Assembly (NCBI GenBank): GCA_964035545.1
Contig: CAXIUT010000276.1
Span: 1-17,253, forward strand
Length of the DNA stretch: 17,253 bases
Direction: 5' to 3'
Source of the DNA: Bugula neritina
Lineage: Eukaryota; Animalia; Bryozoa
The position numbers and the translations under genes are program-made. Below, piece by piece: positions 9,124 to 17,253 of this stretch. Within the stretch, counting starts at the first letter, position 1. Each line of letters begins with the position of its first letter. The notes beneath the pieces are model-generated. The model ran no database searches and was not told the origin of the DNA. It saw only the letters and a list, made by a program, of their open reading frames with translations.

Positions 9124-11701
9124 ATGCTGCATGAATTACTCTTCGCCTTGAAAGGAAAAACAGCATCAATAATAAAAAATACAGGTCATTAATTTACTAT
9201 TGATTCTAGCACTTCTATTCTCACAGAACCAGAAGCTGCGATGATAAGTGAAATTGCACAGACAGGATATTATTATCTTCAATTGAACAGTTTTGTGGAA
9301 AGCGAGATGACTGAGATATCATTTGGCGATATAAATAAAAATCCAAGTGTGTATCGTAAAGCTTTTGCTTATGGATTAAAAAAAGCATTGGCATAATATG
9401 AATAAGTAATCAATACGATTGAGAATGATTTTCTTGCTAGTAAATATTTTACTTTTGGCAACTTGAAATCTCTATTGACAAAATACAACATCATCATGAA
9501 AGAATTATGTTCTATTTTAGAAAAAATAATTAGTTAGAAATATCGAGGATCGACTATTATTGATTTACTATGGTAGTATAGTCATACTGGTTCTTTGTGG
9601 TTGAAATAGTGGATAAGTATTATTTTGAAAGAATGTCAAACTGTGTTTATCAATCAGGTGATTGCTTGGATTTTGCATGGATAGATTATAGATTGTTAGG
9701 GGTAGTTTTTTATTCATCGAGTTGTGCAGGTGGCTCAGTAGAGAGTTCAGTTTAGAAGTTAGAATAAAAAAAAAGTTTAAATGAATGCTTGGGATATCTA
9801 TACGCTTGATGGGTAGTTGGTTCCTCAAAGTATAGTTGGATTGGCAACGGCAGTAAAGATACTATTTATTGGCAAAAGTGTTAAAATACTAAGAAGTGCT
9901 GGTAAGATATCAGCCATCCCTTCATAGCAAATAATAAAAGATCTACGTTGTTTATTCCGATAAACTTACAGTCAGATGTTATTTTAAAGCGTTATCTAGA
10001 AAATTCGTTCAGCCATAGCCTCCTAGATGATAAATCTGATCATCGGCTAGCAAAACCTAATAAAATAGTTATAACTGATCAATGATTACTATTTAATGCA
10101 GAAGGGAGATTTCTATCATCATTTTTTATAGTAATCGCATTGTCTGACCCATATAACTAATAAATAGAAATTGCAAAGAAAAGTCAATGAGACTTGTTTG
10201 CCTAATGCTTTTATGCGGTTGGGTTAGTCAGAGGAGGGCAAGAAGGTGAGTTTTTAGATCAGGGCGAATGGTTTTAGTTATGTTGGTTTTAAAAATTTGG
10301 TTGATATCTGTCCTGTGGGTGGTGTTGATTTGGTTGAGGGTAAGTATGTGAGGTTGACGTCTTCTGGTGGTGGTCTTTGGCATCGTCGCAAGCAAATCGT
10401 TTAAAATAATTTCGTGGTGATGTTTAGTGTTTGTTTCAAGCGATCTAAATCTTTGTTCAGAGGGAGAAGATAGAATAGTAAGGAGTTGATGAATAATACG
10501 ATAGCTTTGGTGATTCAGAATCAAAAATAAATAACTGGAGCAGTCTATGACAATCCTGCCAATTTGAGTAGAATCAATGAGTACATAGCTATTTCTGTTG
10601 GATATCGTTATAGCAAATAATAACGTAATTACTAATCTTTGATATCTGTTAGTTATCGAAATTAGAAGAAGTATCATAAACCTATTGATATCGGCCAATT
10701 ACTACCAAAAAGAATTAATTTTATTGATGAAGGTATATATTTTATAAAAGTTGCTTATCAAAATTAGATTCTTAAGATATCAGTCAACCCTTTGAATTCA
10801 GTCTAGATGGCATAGTAAAACACCCTCAAAGTAGATAGTTTACGTATGTCGAGTTATTTGAATTTATAGATGCAAAAAGGAAGTATAGGTTTATTATCGA
10901 ATTTGACTGATCCATGTTGTCAGGTATAAATCTAGCAGTGGTAAATGGTTTGTAAACCGGCTAATTACTATACTGATTTCTTTACTGATTTGCATCTTAA
11001 ATTAGATATCCAATGGCCTTTGAATCTCATCTTGACGAGTGATTTGATGTAGGTTTTTTCTAGGATAAATAAATTTCTTTTTCCTATTAGGCAGATTCAG
11101 GTGTAAATCTAGATGTTGTGGGTGAGAATTCCTCGGAAGATCAAGGAGGCTAGGAAGGAGTAGTTGATGGAAGAGAGGGAGTTGAATATGTTTGAGAGGA
11201 ATTTGAGTGGGACGAGATCGAGGATGAACATGGTGTTGAATAATTTATGGAGGTATTATCAATTTGACGTGATAGCTACTGCTTGGCTCAAATTGAAAAC
11301 GAGTATCGCATAGAGCAACGATTTCTAAGGTAAATAATCATCAAATATAGATGTGATAAGGATGATAACAAAATATGCGAACACAATCCAGACTATGTTC
11401 TTTTTCAATGCTATTAAAATTCAGAGATATATTTATGATATACTTCGTTATGTGCGTAATTTTATCATATTTTTTTAGAGGTAGTTATTCTGTTAATGAT
11501 AGGTTATAGGGGTAAAACGTGATTGACGGACGAAGCAAGCGTGATCACAAGAGCATAGACTAGTAATTCAGAAGAGTAGTGAATGAATTTTATAAATTGT
11601 TGAAGGAGTTATCGAGAAATAGCAATTCTGCGCATTTGTTTCATCTGACGCAGAGGATGTAGGGGTGTGTGGAGGAGAAAAATACCTTTTTGGTTTATTG
11701 A
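9124..11701 (+). CDS. TUBGCP4: Gamma-tubulin complex component 4 (Spc97/Spc98 family) with an internal lectin-like insertion
   Basis: N-terminus MLHELLFALKG, plus SVYRKAFAYGL, QVIAWILHG, KILFIGKSV, DYYLMQKGDFYHHFL, IQWPLNLIL and NNLWRYYQFDVI, match GCP4 motifs. Introns at 11330-11350 and 11481-11502; TGA at 11699-11701. Confidence 0.88.
11330..11350 (+). other. 21-nt intron in GCP4 (3n, no stop)
   Basis: GTAAATAATCATCAAATATAG. AT-rich; removal gives SNDFE-D-VIRM, which fits GCP4 spacing. Confidence 0.65.
11481..11502 (+). other. 22-nt intron in GCP4
   Basis: GTAGTTATTCTGTTAATGATAG. It contains the in-frame TGA at 11497; removal is required to reach the C-terminal FYKLL...HLFHLTQRM helix. 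Confidence 0.85.
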
Positions 11702-11767
11702 TTATTCTAATAATCATTATTATTTTAAACAATTTTTATAAATATCAAGGATGTAGTTGATTATCAA

Positions 11768-12865
11768 TCATGCACTGGTGCCTAGATAGTGCTAGAGCTA
11801 GCTTTGAATTTGTGGGAGTTGGCAGTGTAGGTATGGTCTTTGTTGGATTAGTACTTTTAGGAGGTCGGATAGGGATGGGCTTTGTCGAAGGAGTTTGTTG
11901 AAGACTCGGGTTGATAGGTAGAAAGTGTGGTCGGATGAGGAGATGTAGATGCGACCGCCTTGGAATATTAAACATTTGTTGAGCTAGTTCTATTATTATG
12001 GTAGAGCAGAACAGGCTATCAGCTAGGATTTTTCAGGTTAATTTTCAAATTTATCTGATTAACAGTTTTTTATTTCTTCTTGAGGTTTTTATGACAATAC
12101 CTCATTTTATTGTATTTTTTATTTTAAATTTATTTATTGTGATTGTATTTGTTCTATTTATTCTGACGATTATTCTGATTCCTTTGATAACTGCTCCTCT
12201 TACTAGAAAAATGACTAATTCTACCTAACTAAATACGTAGAATGATAGTTGATATCTTTCTCCATCTAAACCTAAAATACAATATTCTCTTATTTACCAT
12301 CGTTTTTAGCTGAATTCTAACATATTTTTAAATTATCCATCTATTTATGCATATCTTGATAATTCTAAATACAACATTCCATCTTTTATAGACAACATAC
12401 CATCTCTCCACCTATTCGAATATCCCCAAAATCTTTATCTTAGACTTCTTATTTCTAATCCCCCATTTTCTAATCCTAAAAATCATTCAAATAGACATCC
12501 ACCTACTCCTATGATCTCTAATCTCGACTGCCTCGACTGATATTCACCAAAGACGCATATATTTTCATCTACAACTTATCTTCCTATTTCTCTTCCTATT
12601 TATTTTTATTTGACATCTTGATGCTTTTATTGATGGATATTTGGTGTTCTTATTTGAGTTGGTATTTGCTATTTTGGCTGTTTTATCTTTTTAAGGAATT
12701 GCTCAATTGATTTGAAGGTTGCTTTTTTAGGTGATGTTGTAAATAGGTTGTGCAGATTTCGTTTGGTTTTATTTTTTTGGTCGGGCGGGGTTAGTATTTG
12801 CGAAGGGAGTTTTAAAAACGGAATTGGATGTAAGATGTTTTTGTGTGGATTTTGTTGCGAGACAT
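11768..12865 (-). CDS. Hypothetical protein with an acidic Glu-rich middle, 365 aa
   Basis: Single TGA-free frame MSRNKIHTK...HYLGTSA*. TAA/TAG codons cluster with GAA/GAG in acidic runs. No family recognised. Confidence 0.7.
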
Positions 12866-12988
12866 AAAGGCTTCCGTTATTATTATAATTGCTTTTTAAT
12901 AAGATTAATTCGTATTATCTTTTTTATTAAGAATTATCAAAATATATCAAATAACCTATAATACTAATATAGCAATTTATCTTTCTAA

Positions 12989-13585
12989 TCATTGTTATTT
13001 TTTCAACATCAGTTCCAATACTTTTTCAACAAATTTAACATTTCTTTCATGAGAACTTAATTAGAATACTGGGAAATGTATGAAAAGGCTGCATACTTTT
13101 TAATTTTTCAATGCCAGTTAATGTGTGCTTTTGAAGTAGATATAATTGCATAGATATCTTCCTGGATCTGTACTCATTTGAACTGGAAATTATTTTAGCT
13201 GTCCCAGTAACCACTATAAATCAATCTTTGTTTCTATGCTTTTATCTAGTTGTGATTCTTTGCATATTTGTTCATTTCGTGGTTGGTAGCCATTGTTATC
13301 AGGGATGCAAAAATCTTTATTGTTGTAGCAACTTCGTTATAAATGATATATTTTGTTAGGTCCTACTCCGAAATGTAAATTGAGGATCTTTTTTGTTGGT
13401 GATGAGGTTATTTGTTGTTGTATTTTTGAGATGTAGTTGTCTGCATCTTGGGCGGTTACTTATACGATTGAACATGATAGGTTGGGTTGTTTTTGTTTGA
13501 GGAAGTGTTAGACTAGTAATTGGGTTGGGTTGACTTAGTGATTGCCGAATACTTTAAAACCTGTAAGATAGACTTCGTCGAACAT
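12989..13585 (-). CDS. PGPEP1: Pyroglutamyl-peptidase I (peptidase C15), 198 aa
   Basis: YLTGFKVFG..NPT, LHFGV, HLER (catalytic Glu), PDNNGYQP, STDPGRYLCNYIYF (catalytic Cys) and SLFIHFP (catalytic His). Confidence 0.93.
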
Positions 13586-13614
13586 GACAAATATATTTTA
13601 ATAATAATTGTAGA

Positions 13615-14268
13615 ATGCTAAAATTCAAAGAAATGAAAAACAGCATCATCAGAAAAAAAGATCCTCTTCTTCAAACACATACACCCAAACACCAACACAC
13701 CTCACCTATCAACTTCAACACCAAGAGCAGCAATCGCTCACCTCTTACCTTTCATAACTAGAAACTATCTGGAAGAGGTCACTAAGATAGAGATTAGTAT
13801 GGTTCTATCAGACCTAAAATATAGTGGAAAGAAAATGTTTATACTAATGGGAAAGTCAACTTTGGAGAGCCAAGCAGAGAGGGAAGTGAGTGGCAGCCAT
13901 TGAGAAAGCAAAATCGTAGACAGAGTAATATCTATACTGAATAGCGGTGTGAGACTCCAAGTAAGAAGTGTTTGTCTTTTGCTGGATTGGTGCAAAGTAA
14001 AAAACAGACTAGTAGCAAATACGCAGAATCAGACCGTAAAAATGAAAGGGAATCAAGTATATCAAAATTGAAGTGTAAGTTATTTGGTTTAAAAAAGATA
14101 ATATCATAGAAAGAGAGTAGTCATAGCAAACCTCAACAGATATTTGATGTTATGATAAGAAGAGAGCCTTAGGAAAAGAGGACAATGGAGGATGATTTTG
14201 TGAAGATATCTATTAAAGATGAAAAGGAGTTCAGGGAAGAATTAGATATGTCGCCTTATCTGTATTGA
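13615..14268 (+). CDS. Hypothetical low-complexity protein, about 217 aa (alternative start 13633)
   Basis: TGA-free frame from ATG 13615 to TGA 14266-14268, flanked by AT-rich spacers. Ser/Lys/Arg-rich; no motif recognised. Confidence 0.6.
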
Positions 14269-14355
14269 TTCATTTATTTTGTTTATTTAAGTGGATAATT
14301 TTGATGTTATTTAGTATTTAGAGTTATCTATATTATAGTATAAATTATAAGAGTT

Positions 14356-17039
<2,684 letters not shown>

Positions 17040-17179
17040 TTGTTGTATAAGTATTTTGTTGTTTTTGGTAGAAATATGACGAAAATGATAGAATTATTAT
17101 CATAGTTTTTAAATATTAATACTAAGTCAATATAGTAATAAATAATATGCTATCAAATATAGTTAAACCTAACATCAAA

Positions 17180-17253
17180 GGGGGTTGGGGGTTGGGGTTG
17201 GGGTTGGGGTTGGGTTGGGGTTGGGGTGGGTTGGGGTTGGGGTTGGGGTTGGG
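17180..17253. repeat. Right telomere, (TTGGGG)n
   Basis: G4T2 repeats to the end of the sequence, with a few one-base irregularities. Confidence 0.98.

Noticed and set aside
12203-12224. 22-nt GT..AG intron candidate on the minus strand
   Set aside because: The 11768-12865 frame is already continuous without it, and removal would break the frame.

Overview
This window is a complete, telomere-to-telomere ciliate macronuclear chromosome of about 17.25 kb, with (CCCCAA)n at the left end and (TTGGGG)n at the right. Conserved motifs show that TAA and TAG both encode Glu and that TGA is the only stop (peritrich-type code, NCBI table 30). The supplied standard-code ORF track is therefore mostly artefact. 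Re-translated by hand, the chromosome carries about 9 tightly packed genes: a large TRAFAC (AIG1/septin-like) GTPase with coiled coils; a V8-like serine protease-TPR-LRR protein; a hypothetical protein; a predicted myristoylated pseudokinase; gamma-tubulin complex protein GCP4 with an inserted L-type-lectin-like domain; a Glu-rich hypothetical protein; pyroglutamyl-peptidase I; another hypothetical protein; and the spliceosomal DEAH helicase Prp2/DHX16. Introns are tiny (20-22 nt, GTA...AG). The standout is the apparent 43-bp tandem repeat inside the protease-TPR-LRR gene. It parses exactly as 29 back-to-back 20-21-nt GT-AG introns separated by 1-nt and 2-nt micro-exons, so each repeat unit contributes one codon. 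Sequence variation is concentrated in those exon bases. This is a candidate one-codon-per-unit diversification cassette in an LRR loop; splicing is inferred, not observed. Several single-base indels in homopolymers look like long-read errors.
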